Origin: an uncultured delta proteobacterium
Lineage (GTDB): Bacteria; Desulfobacterota; Binatia; UBA9968
Length of the DNA stretch: 64,000 nucleotides
Reading direction: 5' to 3'
Assembly (NCBI GenBank): GCA_963745835.1
Contig: CAVUZH010000004.1
Location: forward strand, 55,412 to 119,411
The number at the start of each line of letters is the position of its first letter. Position 1 is the first letter of the stretch. The notes below the pieces were generated by a model that saw only the letters and a list, made by a program, of their open reading frames with translations, searched no databases and was not told the origin of the DNA. The position numbers were made by a program, and so were the translations under genes. Shown in pieces: positions 11,527-20,739 of the stretch.

Positions 11527-12555
11527 ATGAAAAGACCTGCGCTATTTGGAACGCTCTTTAGCAGCCTTGTATCGGTTTTAGCTTTAGTCGGTGTCAGCTA
11601 CGGCGCCACCGTTGCCTACAAGTTCACTACTCGAGACATACCGCTGCAATTTGAATTTTTAGGCGAGGCTGAAGAAGATATTGTTCGGTTCACAGACATC
11701 AATAAAAATGGAGAACTAATCGGAAACAATTTTGCCGGCGATGGATTCTTGCTAAATCGGAAGCACACAGTGATTGAGATCCGTTGTCCCGGTGATCAAA
11801 ACGACAATCACAGCACCGTTGTTTCTGGCATAAACAACGTCGGACAAGTAGTTGGTTCGTGTACCGACGGGGCTTTCGTGCGCGATAGGAGCGGCAATAT
11901 CACCGTGCTTAATTTTCCGGGCGCGGAGGGCACGGTCGCTTCCGGAATAAACGACCTGGGCCATGTCGTAGGTCAATACTGGGGAACTCTTTTCGGGCAG
12001 GCCTTACAAAGATTTCATGGCTTTATCTGGAAGAACGGAGAGTACATTACAATCGATGCCGCCTTTCCTAACGCGATGTTCACATCTTTATCAGGCATCA
12101 ACAATGCCGGGCAGATCATCGGCACGTACTTACATCAGCGGCCCGGAAGCAGCGACCCCAACGATTATGACAGCGAATTGGCGTTCGTTTATGATAACGG
12201 CAGCTTCACTTCGTTGGATTTCCCGGGTGCCACCGCACCGTTCGTATGTTGTGGAGCAACGACGCTGCCGATGGACATCAACAATGCCGGGCAAATACTT
12301 GGGTCCACCTACGATAGTGACGGGAACTTACGGTTCTTTCTTTATGATGACGGAAAGTACTTTGTTATTACTGGCCTGCCTGAGGAAGTTGCGGACTTCG
12401 GCAGCGCATGGGGATTAAACGATCGGAGCGAAATAGCCGGAACCTACATCCTTAGAGTGCCTTGCGAAACCTGCGGTTTTGCGGGTGAACGGGGTCATAG
12501 GTTTGACTTGCACGGTTTCGTCGCCGAGCCCAAGCGATACTCAGAAGAAAAATAA
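11527..12555 (+). CDS. Secreted protein with HAF-type extracellular repeats
   Basis: GGAGG SD then signal peptide; repeated (G/D)INxxG(Q/H)(V/I)(V/I)G units, FHGFIW and LHGFV, L(D/N)FPGA repeats. Confidence 0.7.
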   Translation: MKRPALFGTLFSSLVSVLALVGVSYGATVAYKFTTRDIPLQFEFLGEAEEDIVRFTDINKNGELIGNNFAGDGFLLNRKHTVIEIRCPGDQNDNHSTVVSGINNVGQVVGSCTDGAFVRDRSGNITVLNFPGAEGTVASGINDLGHVVGQYWGTLFGQALQRFHGFIWKNGEYITIDAAFPNAMFTSLSGINNAGQIIGTYLHQRPGSSDPNDYDSELAFVYDNGSFTSLDFPGATAPFVCCGATTLPMDINNAGQILGSTYDSDGNLRFFLYDDGKYFVITGLPEEVADFGSAWGLNDRSEIAGTYILRVPCETCGFAGERGHRFDLHGFVAEPKRYSEEK

Positions 12556-12931
12556 ATAGGGAATTCGCAAGAAGATGGAAAGAAAGCATTCGTTAAATTT
12601 TTAGAGCGATTACAAATGTCGCTCATCATCGCGGCATCTTTAATTCTACGCCATACACGAGAACTCTTTAGAAACTTTCGTCGGCCTCACCAACTACCTC
12701 GATTATTGTATATCAGCACTGTGGCGAATTTTATTCCATTATGCCGGCGAGGATTTCTGGCGGTTATTGCTACGGTCGTCGCGTGCTATATGAACGAGCC
12801 TACTTTTCCTGTGGGCGGTTAGCAGTGTCAACGATTAGACACAGGAATTTGTCTCCACGTTGATCGGGCTGCCGGTCATCCGAAAGCGCGCGCCTATCTA
12901 GGCTATCAGCAAAACAGGTATTCACAACCAA

Positions 12932-12963
12932 GTGCAGGGCGGACTCGGTCGTCCACCCTGCAC
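12932..12963 (-). terminator. Hairpin terminator after the 12986-13435 gene
   Basis: 13-bp stem GTGCAGGGCGGAC/GTCCACCCTGCAC; the one mismatch becomes G-U on the minus transcript; U tail is weak. Confidence 0.6.
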
Positions 12964-12985
12964 ACATTAATTCAGTTTGAACTAT

Positions 12986-13435
12986 TTAACGCCGTGACGA
13001 CGCTTCTCTGCCTGAAGGCTCGCGCGTCCACGTAGTTCCATTCTCCCACTCGATTCTGTCGCGTCGAACGTTGCCTCGTAGACCACGTTCCCAATCGCTG
13101 GCGTATACATCGCCATCCCGACTAATTTCCAACCGGCTGGAGTCACCCCTCTCATTCCTAGCCTCGAGCCCATCTCGAGAAGAAATGATTTGGGCACGCT
13201 TGTCGCGGTCCCCATTTAAGTACCAGGTGCCCTCCAACTCGCGCCGATCATCTCTCGAGATTGCTGTAGTACCATTGATTATTCCATCCCACCAGTTGCC
13301 GCGACGGTCATCTCGCCGATCGTCTCTGCGATCGTAACGGCGATCATCTCTTCTATCGTCCTGCGCGCTGGCAATTGGGATGTTCATCAATGCTGCAATC
13401 AAACTTGCCGACCATAGTACGTTTATCTTTTTCAT
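12986..13435 (-). CDS. Secreted hypothetical protein with DDRR repeats, paralog of 13671-14048
   Basis: AGGAGG SD, signal peptide ending ASA, DDRR tandem repeat, shared LEGTWYLNG...IEWENGTTWTREPS domain. Confidence 0.8.
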   Translation of the reverse strand: MKKINVLWSASLIAALMNIPIASAQDDRRDDRRYDRRDDRRDDRRGNWWDGIINGTTAISRDDRRELEGTWYLNGDRDKRAQIISSRDGLEARNERGDSSRLEISRDGDVYASDWERGLRGNVRRDRIEWENGTTWTREPSGREASSRR

Positions 13436-13463
13436 AATTTTTTCCTCCTGCCCCGTTAATTTC

Positions 13464-13478
13464 GCAACCACCATGCCA
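13464..13478 (-). promoter_or_regulatory. Sigma-54 -24/-12 promoter
   Basis: TGGCATGGTGGTTGC (GG-N10-GC), about 30 nt upstream of ATG 13435. Confidence 0.7.
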
Positions 13479-13616
13479 CGCTCAAAAAACTCGCCTCCTC
13501 ACGCCAAATATTCGTTTTTTATGTGCCGTCCGCGGGACGAATCGAGGACGCGTGAACCGGCACAGGCACACTTACCTATAGTGCGCGGGGTTGAACGAAA
13601 TTTAGAGCTCAAAACG

Positions 13617-13654
13617 AAAAGAGCCGTCTCGCATTAAATCGAGACGGCCCTTTT
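13617..13654 (-). terminator. Intrinsic terminator between the two paralogs (possibly bidirectional)
   Basis: AAAAGAGCCGTCTCG-loop-CGAGACGGCCCTTTT; U tract TTTTCGTTTT on the minus strand. Confidence 0.8.
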
Positions 13655-13670
13655 TCACAGAACAATCAAG

Positions 13671-14048
13671 TTAACGCCGCTTAGCAGTCCGGTAGCTGGG
13701 TTCGCGGGTCCACGTGGTGCCGTTTTCCCATTCAATGCGATCGCGTCGAACGTCCCCGCGCAGGCCACCCTGCCAATCCCGAGCGTAAACGTCGCCACTC
13801 CGGCTAATTTCTAAACGCGTAGTTTGACCCCTTTCGTTCCTGGCTATGAGCCCGCGGCGCGATGCGTTTATTTCGGTTTTCCTAGATTGCTCGCCGTTTA
13901 GATACCATGTGCCTTCCAATTGCTGCGGAGCATTCCTGTTATGTCCCCACGAAGACCAACCGTAACCCTGTGCTAGAACGGTGCTCGGACTGTTCATGAC
14001 TCCGATCGCTAGAGCTAAGAGCAATCCAATTAAAGTAGCCTTATTCAT
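13671..14048 (-). CDS. Secreted hypothetical protein, paralog of 12986-13435
   Basis: AGGAGG SD, signal peptide, shared C-terminal domain. Confidence 0.8.
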   Translation of the reverse strand: MNKATLIGLLLALAIGVMNSPSTVLAQGYGWSSWGHNRNAPQQLEGTWYLNGEQSRKTEINASRRGLIARNERGQTTRLEISRSGDVYARDWQGGLRGDVRRDRIEWENGTTWTREPSYRTAKRR

Positions 14049-14125
14049 GCTTGAACCCTCCTACTGTTAGCTGCCAAATACTTCTCCCTAAGTAATCTCA
14101 ACCATTTCACAACCGATCTGCTCAT

Positions 14126-14153
14126 TAGACGGTTTACCTTTCCGTTAGTTTAC
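14126..14153 (-). promoter_or_regulatory. ECF sigma promoter
   Basis: GTAAAC-N16-CGTCTA, matching the motif upstream of the ECF sigma gene. Confidence 0.7.
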
Positions 14154-14383
14154 AGCCGTCTTGAGCGCGGTTTGGCATCGGTCGGGTAAATAGCTCGCAA
14201 CAAAAAAATGAAAGTCCGCAAAGCAGTAGGGTCGATCTTCTCAGACTACAAAGTCAACAGGCATCGAATGGTATGATGGCGGTTTACACCGGCGCAATTA
14301 TCGCGCGCCAGCAAATTGATTCGCTACGGGGTTTTTAAGAACGTTCAGCTCCTATTGTTGTGGTGAGGTGCGGCGATGAAGCT

Positions 14384-14656
14384 TTACCTGTTGTCGCGAC
14401 GCTGCCGTTGCTCTTCATAGCGCTGCTTGAGCCTATCCCGGCGATCCTGCGGTAGACGCTGCCAGCGATCCCACTCCTCACGCAAGTGCTCCTTGTCTTG
14501 AGGCGGGAGATTCTGCCATCGCTGGTAGTTCCGTAAGACTTTATCTTTTTCTTTGGGGCTTAAGTTGCGCCAGTTATCGCCGCTATTAGCTGCCCAGCCT
14601 GTCAGTGGCGACAGCAACAATGCGGAAAAAAATATTGAAACAAGCACGCGTTTCAT
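14384..14656 (-). CDS. DUF3106-like secreted helical protein
   Basis: Signal peptide; W..L(S/P)P.(E/D)K repeats (WRNLSPKEK, WQNLPPQDK, WQRLPQDRR); usual third gene of ECF operons. Confidence 0.75.
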   Translation of the reverse strand: MKRVLVSIFFSALLLSPLTGWAANSGDNWRNLSPKEKDKVLRNYQRWQNLPPQDKEHLREEWDRWQRLPQDRRDRLKQRYEEQRQRRDNR

Positions 14657-14715
14657 CGATGATAAGCTCTCTAATAATTCTTATTAATCTAATAATTCAT
14701 GGGCCGAACCTCGCC

Positions 14716-15237
14716 TCAAGCGGCATGGGCCTCGGCTTTGCTGGTTTCCAGCCCTTCAAGACCGCTCAAGGCTTCCAGCATGTCGAGCGATCTAAAGAAC
14801 TCCAACTGTTCGGTGTCGGTCACTATTTCCTTGGGAATTCTTTCTTGCGGTTGGTTGTACAGCGAACTTAGACTTCCCTTGCTTAGAACCACGCCGAAAG
14901 CCAGAGCGGCAATAACCGCCGTGCCAAACGCCGGAATCATCCACGTACGCATGGGTACAAAAAGGTTGCGCCAGTAGAATTTTTGCTCGCGCTGATGCCT
15001 TAACTTGGCGATGGTCTCCCGATAATAATCATCCCAGAACGACTGCGGAGGCTCTTCGGGCGGGGCCATCTGCGGCAGCAATAGATGTAAGTCTTCAATA
15101 AAGCGGCTGCAGCCGCCGCAATCGCCGAGATGCTGTTCGAGCCGGCGCTTTTCCTCATCAGCGATTTCGCCGTAGTAGTAGAGCACCAAATCCTCTTCCA
15201 GCTCTTTGCACATGGTTTCCAACTTTTTCGCAGCCAT
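14716..15237 (-). CDS. Zinc-binding (zf-HC2) membrane anti-sigma factor
   Basis: HLGDCGGC (HxxxCxxC) followed by one TM helix; adjacent to the ECF sigma gene. Confidence 0.85.
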   Translation of the reverse strand: MAAKKLETMCKELEEDLVLYYYGEIADEEKRRLEQHLGDCGGCSRFIEDLHLLLPQMAPPEEPPQSFWDDYYRETIAKLRHQREQKFYWRNLFVPMRTWMIPAFGTAVIAALAFGVVLSKGSLSSLYNQPQERIPKEIVTDTEQLEFFRSLDMLEALSGLEGLETSKAEAHAA

Positions 15238-15251
15238 TATCGTTATTCTCC

Positions 15252-15800
15252 CTAAACAAACTCAACCAGGCACTGGCGCAGCGCCGTTACCGCGCGATGC
15301 AAGTAAACTCGAACGGTCCCTTCGGTAGTCTTCATGACTTTGGCAATATCTGCGATGGGCAGGCCTTCATGGTTTCGCAAGATAAAAGCCGTGCGCTGTT
15401 TGTTAGGCATGGCATCCAAAGTCTTGTCCACACGCCGCTTGGTCTCGCCGGCAATTGCTTCCTGATCCGGACCGGACGTATTATCCGTTAGCTCCTTCCT
15501 CTCCCGTTCGTCATCCCGTTCGTTTTCGAGCCGTTCCCAAACGACCTTCCCCTTTCGGCGCATGTGATCCAAACAGAGATTGACGACCAAACGATAGAAC
15601 CAAGTGTAAAAACTCGAGCGGCCGTCGAATTGCTTTATCCGTGAGAAGGCTCGCAAAAAAGCCTCCTGGGAGAGATCTTTGGCCTCCTCCGTATCTCGTG
15701 TAAAATCCAGGGCGATCCGGAAGGCTTTCTCCATATAACGACGGACAAGTATCTCAAAGAACTTTCCCTCGCCCTGCTGACACAATGCCACAAGCTCCAT
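15252..15800 (-). CDS. ECF RNA polymerase sigma factor
   Basis: DLSQEAFLRAF, SFYTWFYRLVVNLCLDH (region 2); EGLPIADIAKVMKTTEGTVRVYLHRA (region 4). Confidence 0.92.
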   Translation of the reverse strand: MELVALCQQGEGKFFEILVRRYMEKAFRIALDFTRDTEEAKDLSQEAFLRAFSRIKQFDGRSSFYTWFYRLVVNLCLDHMRRKGKVVWERLENERDDERERKELTDNTSGPDQEAIAGETKRRVDKTLDAMPNKQRTAFILRNHEGLPIADIAKVMKTTEGTVRVYLHRAVTALRQCLVEFV

Positions 15801-15891
15801 ATCGGGAAGATCTTCCGGCGACCGATTTCCAGGCGTTGCGTGAATTGATTTGCCCTGCCTCTGCTCGTGTTCTAAGGGTCCCTAGAGGCTT

Positions 15892-15919
15892 TAGACGTTC
15901 AGCCGTAAAAAAGGTTAAC
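15892..15919 (-). promoter_or_regulatory. Autoregulatory ECF promoter
   Basis: GTTAAC-N16-CGTCTA, the canonical AAC/CGT ECF layout, upstream of the sigma gene. Confidence 0.7.
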
Positions 15920-16144
15920 CGCGCTACCAGCGGCTAAAACCAGCGAGGCAAAAGGACTGGAGGATTGGTCAGTACAGTCGCAATCGGGTGCTCGTGGGGA
16001 ACTGCGCGCTAACCCAGAAAAACCAGAAATTGTCGATCAATAGCGGGCGCCTACGGCCGGTTGTTTAGCGCCAAGGCGCATGACCCAGGGACTCGGAGTT
16101 GTACAATCAGTATCAAAAGCGCGCCGGCGCTAACTTCGAGTACG

Positions 16145-16807
16145 CTAGTGCTCCGGCTCCTCACCGATGCCGACAATCCTGATACTGCCATGCTTCGATT
16201 TGTATTTCCGATTGAGAGAGATGATGACGCCGGTTAGCCCCTCGATGACATAGGCGTTGGTCCCGGGACCGCCGTCGAACGCGCGCGCGCCGATACGTCG
16301 GATAATTTCCATCACTTTCTCCTTGGCATCAGCTTTGTCGCCGCAGACCAACACATCGCCGAGCGGTGAATCCACATCGGCCAAATCGACGGCCGATATG
16401 TTATGAAGCGCGCCGATCACCGGCGCCTCGTCACCGAGAATCTGCTGCGCCTCCTGCAATGCCGAACCGGCTGCCGGCACAAACGGTTTACCCTTGTTTA
16501 ATGGCACGACCGTATCGATGATGATCTTTCCGGCTACCTGTCCTTTGATGTCCTGGACCATTTGAGCATGGCCTTCATAAGGCACGGCGATGACGACATA
16601 GTCGGCGCCGCGAATCGAATCCTGATTAGTCATGCCTACCATTTCGCCGGCGCGAAGAGTCGGCCTTAAAGTTTCCACCGCTTTCTTGGCTTTTTCCGCA
16701 TCGCGCGAACCGATAATGATTCTCACTCCGGGCGCCCCCAAACGAAGCGCCAGCGCGCCGCCTAAATTTCCCGTCCCACCAACAATTGCCACGCTAAGGT
16801 TTTCCAT
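16145..16807 (-). CDS. npdG: NADPH-dependent F420 reductase (F420:NADP oxidoreductase)
   Basis: GGTGNLG, IIGSR, AVPY, GSALQ, IEGLT motifs; last gene of the cof cluster. Confidence 0.88.
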   Translation of the reverse strand: MENLSVAIVGGTGNLGGALALRLGAPGVRIIIGSRDAEKAKKAVETLRPTLRAGEMVGMTNQDSIRGADYVVIAVPYEGHAQMVQDIKGQVAGKIIIDTVVPLNKGKPFVPAAGSALQEAQQILGDEAPVIGALHNISAVDLADVDSPLGDVLVCGDKADAKEKVMEIIRRIGARAFDGGPGTNAYVIEGLTGVIISLNRKYKSKHGSIRIVGIGEEPEH

Positions 16808-16817
16808 GTTCTTGATT

Positions 16818-17567
16818 CTACCGGAAAAGATCCTCCGTTTTAGGACGCAGGAGATCCTTCACCGATCCTTCCTCCTTCTCAATGTCACAGCCGCGCACGA
16901 CCACGACCGGCAATGCCTCTTTTTTTCTCATCACCAGCTCAGCCGCGGACGCAATTTCGTCGGCAATCGCCGTTACCGCCGCCCTGAGTTCGTAGCCGTA
17001 ACGATCCTTTGTTCCACGTTCGTCCTTGATCGGCTTGAGCCCAGCAATCCCCACTGCCACATCAACCGTGCCCAACCGCCATGGACGGCCAAAACTGTCG
17101 CTAATGATAATCGCTGGAGATACGCCAACTAGCTGTTTGATTTCAGCGCGGATCTTCCGAGCCGAGCCGTCGGGATCTTTCGGCAACAGCGCGGCTTTTC
17201 CCAAACCTACGTTGGAGCAGTCCACGCCTGCGTTAGCACAGACAAAACCGTGATGGGTTTCGACGATCATCGCCCGACCCCCTTGGCGCACAATCCGCTG
17301 GCTTTCAGACAGAATCAATTCAACCAAGGCAGGATCTTTGTCGAGCTCCCGACCCAATTCCCGCGCATTATCCGACACCAGAACTCCGTCGAGTGGGAGC
17401 AACCTGCCTTCCGACTTGGAGACAATTTTTTGCGCGATGACGAGAACATCATCGGGTTCGAGCACAACACGATTGCGTGAGCAGGCATCAACAATCAGCT
17501 TTCCAATCGGATCACCGGCGCCGACCTCGTCAATTCCAGCCAACCCAAAGATCTCTACTCGCTTCAT
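16818..17567 (-). CDS. cofE: Coenzyme F420-0:L-glutamate ligase
   Basis: AQKIVSKSEG, CANAGVD.SN, LLP.DPD.SA, SDSFGRPWR.G. Confidence 0.93.
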   Translation of the reverse strand: MKRVEIFGLAGIDEVGAGDPIGKLIVDACSRNRVVLEPDDVLVIAQKIVSKSEGRLLPLDGVLVSDNARELGRELDKDPALVELILSESQRIVRQGGRAMIVETHHGFVCANAGVDCSNVGLGKAALLPKDPDGSARKIRAEIKQLVGVSPAIIISDSFGRPWRLGTVDVAVGIAGLKPIKDERGTKDRYGYELRAAVTAIADEIASAAELVMRKKEALPVVVVRGCDIEKEEGSVKDLLRPKTEDLFR

Positions 17568-18253
17568 GCTTCTCCAACGCGCCGGCTCGGTTGTGACCGT
17601 TGGTCTGCGGCAAATCGCCGCAGCGTTTTGAACGTTGCGCTGCCATCGCGCGAAATGGCCAGATACTTTTCCAAATCCTCGGGCTCGTCGATATCCAAGG
17701 CTATGCGCTCATTCTCGAAGCAACGAACCGGCAAGTCTTGCGCTGAGACTTGGCCTATATGGTACCTAAAACTGTCGTAGCCGAAGCGCAATTTGATGAT
17801 ATCAGGCGGGGCTAGAAGCAACGCATTGGTCCCAAGTCGATCGTGAGAAGGAACCAACAACGCAAACGGCGCGATCTGGCCGTCTGGAACTTGCGCGAGA
17901 ACTGATTCGATATCGCCGCTGCGAACCAGCGGCAGGTCGCCGGGAATGATCATTACCGCTTCGCCCCCGGCGTCCTTCAAGCTAGTACGGGCAAAATCGA
18001 CGGCGGCAGTTTCGCCGGTTTCCGCGTTCTCAAGGATAACCCTTGCGCCCAAGGATTCGGCAATCGCCGCGACTTTGTCATCACCCGTCACCACCACGGT
18101 CTCTTCTAGCCCCCGCGCCCGTAGCACTTGGCTCAGCACATCGCGAAACATCGCTTCGGCAAGAGCTTCACGCTCCGCGCTGTCAAGAAACGCGCTCAGA
18201 CGCTGCTTGGCATTACGAAACCCTTTGACCGGGATAAGTGCGGTTACTTTCAT
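17564..18253 (-). CDS. cofC: 2-phospho-L-lactate/PEP guanylyltransferase
   Basis: IPVK.F.NAKQRLS, PGDLPL, GTNAL, RFG.DSF, LDIDEPEDL. Confidence 0.92.
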   Translation of the reverse strand: MKVTALIPVKGFRNAKQRLSAFLDSAEREALAEAMFRDVLSQVLRARGLEETVVVTGDDKVAAIAESLGARVILENAETGETAAVDFARTSLKDAGGEAVMIIPGDLPLVRSGDIESVLAQVPDGQIAPFALLVPSHDRLGTNALLLAPPDIIKLRFGYDSFRYHIGQVSAQDLPVRCFENERIALDIDEPEDLEKYLAISRDGSATFKTLRRFAADQRSQPSRRVGEA

Positions 18254-18284
18254 TCATCACCGGAAAATTTTCTTAGCACTATTT

Positions 18285-19205
18285 TTATAGCAAGGCCAAG
18301 ACTTGGCGTGCCAACCGCTGCTTGTCGGCCAGGCTGTTCATCCGGATATTTGCCGAAAACGGGTCGACCCCCAGTTTCTTAATATCGTTCTGAAGGTAAT
18401 GGTCTTCCCTATCGATCATTAAAACATCCAGAAGATCGGCATAGCCTTTGGCCACACCGCTTACTGAAGGCTCCAGATCGTTAACTGTCATCAGCGTATG
18501 GGCCGGACCGCTGACTGCCGATCGCGCGATAATTGGACTGACACCGACGATTTTGCCGCGAGCTTCTCTCAAGGCCTGGCGAATCCCCGGCACGGCAAGA
18601 ATCGGCCCAATGCTTGTGACCGGATTGCTCGGACAAATAACGATCCCGGCAGCGTTGCCAATGGCTTGAAGCACGCGCGGCGCCGGTTTGCTTTCATCAA
18701 TGCCGGCGAAGAACACCCGTTTGACTTCCGGCGCCCAGTGCTCGCGCACAAAATATTCTTGGAACGATAGTTCTCCACCCGTCGTGACGATTCGGGTTTC
18801 CACCCGATCGTCCGACATCGGCAGAATCTCCGACTTGACGTCGAGTGCAATGCGAATCCGCCGTGTCACGTCAGATAAGGGAACCCCTTGTCGCAAAAGA
18901 TCGGTGCGCAGGATATGCGTTGCCAAATCTTTATCGCCGAGGTTAAACCACACTTCCTCGCCCAATCGCCGCAGCTGTTCTAAAGCCACAAAGCTTTCGC
19001 CAGCCAGACCCCAACCTTTTTCTTCGTCGTTGAAACCGCCAAGCGTATAGACAATCGTATCGATATCCGGGGAAACATGCAGTCCATGAAAGATCGCATC
19101 GTCCGCGGTATTGCAGATGACCGTCAGATCAGCCGGGTCGATCTCCGCCGCGAGGCCTTGAACGAGTTTGGCGCCGCCGGTACCGCCGGTTAAAGCTAAG
19201 ATCAT
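18285..19205 (-). CDS. cofD: 2-phospho-L-lactate transferase
   Basis: GGTGGAK, NTADD, SPDIDT, WF.LGDKDLATH, FQEYFV, PSNPVTSIGPIL; start moved to ATG 19205. Confidence 0.93.
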   Translation of the reverse strand: MILALTGGTGGAKLVQGLAAEIDPADLTVICNTADDAIFHGLHVSPDIDTIVYTLGGFNDEEKGWGLAGESFVALEQLRRLGEEVWFNLGDKDLATHILRTDLLRQGVPLSDVTRRIRIALDVKSEILPMSDDRVETRIVTTGGELSFQEYFVREHWAPEVKRVFFAGIDESKPAPRVLQAIGNAAGIVICPSNPVTSIGPILAVPGIRQALREARGKIVGVSPIIARSAVSGPAHTLMTVNDLEPSVSGVAKGYADLLDVLMIDREDHYLQNDIKKLGVDPFSANIRMNSLADKQRLARQVLALL

Positions 19206-19225
19206 GGCTAAACGGGTCACGACGG

Positions 19226-20428
19226 CTAGACGTCGAGCGGCTGAGTCTCCGGTTTTTTGCCCAGTGGACCATTGTTCTTTACCAGCCCGTCCTCGCCGCA
19301 TAGTTGGTCGACATAGGGCAGAATACTTGGGGATAGGAATCTATCGGCTTGATGAATGTATTCAGGGTAAATAGGTAATCGCGCCCGCAGCTCGAATCCC
19401 GCCGAGGCGCTCTTTTCGCATAGTCGATGTAGAGCCGGCCATGGCGCTTCAGGATTGATAAAGTCCGGCGTCAACGGCGATACGCCGCCCCAGTCATTGA
19501 TGCCAGCTTCCAGGTAATGCTCATAACCGTCGGGTGTTAAATTGGGCGGCGCTTGGATATTCATGCGGCCGCCGAATATCAAACGCGCCAAGGCGATGGT
19601 TTTAACCATGTCTCCCGGCGCGGGCTCCGGATGAAGGCGCATCGGGATGGTCGGTTTGGCGCGAAAATTTTGAATAATCACCTCTTGGATATGGCCGTAA
19701 CGCTCATGCAGCGCGCGGATCGCAAAAAGCGCATCGATTCGTTCCGGCCAACTCTCGCCGATGCCGATCAGAATACCCGTGGTAAAAGGAATGCGAAGCT
19801 TGCCGGCCTGCTCGAGAGTGCGTAAACGAACCTTGGGCTTTTTGTCCGGCGCATTATCGTGGGCGCCGCCGCTCAACAACAAGCGCTCGCTGGTGCTCTC
19901 AAGCATCAACCCCATACTGGCATTCACCAGTTTCAAGCGGTGCAAATCGCCCCTGCCCATTACCCCAGGATTGGCGTGTGGCAACAACTCGGTTTCTTCA
20001 AGCACCGTTCGGCAGGCTTCAAAGAGATAATCCAAAGTGCGTTGGAACCCTCGTTCGGCTAAGAAGACCTTCATCTGCGGATAAATCGCTTCAGGTTTGT
20101 CGCCCAAACTGAAAAGCACTTCAGTGCAGCCAAGCAATCTTCCATGGCGCGCCACGCGAACCACTTCCTCGAGGGTCATTGTTTTGGCGCCGGCTTCCTC
20201 CGGCGCTTTGCGAAAGGTGCAGTAACCGCAGAAGTCACGGCACAGATTCGTCAGGGGGACAAATACTTTCGGCGAAAAAGTGACGACTCTACCTTTGTGC
20301 ACGTCGCGAAGCTGCGCAGCGGTGGCAAGCAATTCGTGCAATTCGTCTGCTTCGACGTTGTAAAGGGCAAGCGCCTCGGATCGCTCGAGCAATTTTCCCT
20401 GAAGACACTCTTTCAGCGCTTGCTGCAT
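19226..20428 (-). CDS. cofG: FO synthase subunit CofG (radical SAM)
   Basis: LTNLCRDFCGYC, LPHANPG, SMGLMLE, FTTGILIGIGE, QAPPNL, GINDWGGVSP, INPEAPWP. Confidence 0.92.
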   Translation of the reverse strand: MQQALKECLQGKLLERSEALALYNVEADELHELLATAAQLRDVHKGRVVTFSPKVFVPLTNLCRDFCGYCTFRKAPEEAGAKTMTLEEVVRVARHGRLLGCTEVLFSLGDKPEAIYPQMKVFLAERGFQRTLDYLFEACRTVLEETELLPHANPGVMGRGDLHRLKLVNASMGLMLESTSERLLLSGGAHDNAPDKKPKVRLRTLEQAGKLRIPFTTGILIGIGESWPERIDALFAIRALHERYGHIQEVIIQNFRAKPTIPMRLHPEPAPGDMVKTIALARLIFGGRMNIQAPPNLTPDGYEHYLEAGINDWGGVSPLTPDFINPEAPWPALHRLCEKSASAGFELRARLPIYPEYIHQADRFLSPSILPYVDQLCGEDGLVKNNGPLGKKPETQPLDV

Positions 20429-20739
20429 CAGCCTGTTGCATATCGGATCGGCATAGTTGGGTCAACTGCAACATCAATCGTGAAATCATCTGTCCCGCCA
20501 AAATGATCAGCGGGTAACGGCCACACATTTTCGAGGTCGTATGGAAATCAAGGACGGCGCTAAACGCAATCAATGGGAGCTCTAATTGTTCGCTTGAGCA
20601 AAGCTATTCTGAATGATACGAGTCTGGCTGGATTAAGCATCGGAATTCGCCAATAAACGCCGGCACAGTTCGCCAGTCCTGTTGCCGAACCGCAGTCGTG
20701 AAGATAAACCATCAGAAAAATGGACAGGGGGAACGGGTC

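Noticed and set aside
13300-13362. CRISPR-like or VNTR repeat
   Set aside because: These are degenerate 12-nt coding repeats for DDRR with no spacers; no cas genes are present in the window.
11159-14400. Prophage or integrative element at tRNA-Leu
   Set aside because: No integrase, no phage genes and no duplicated tRNA 3' end were seen.
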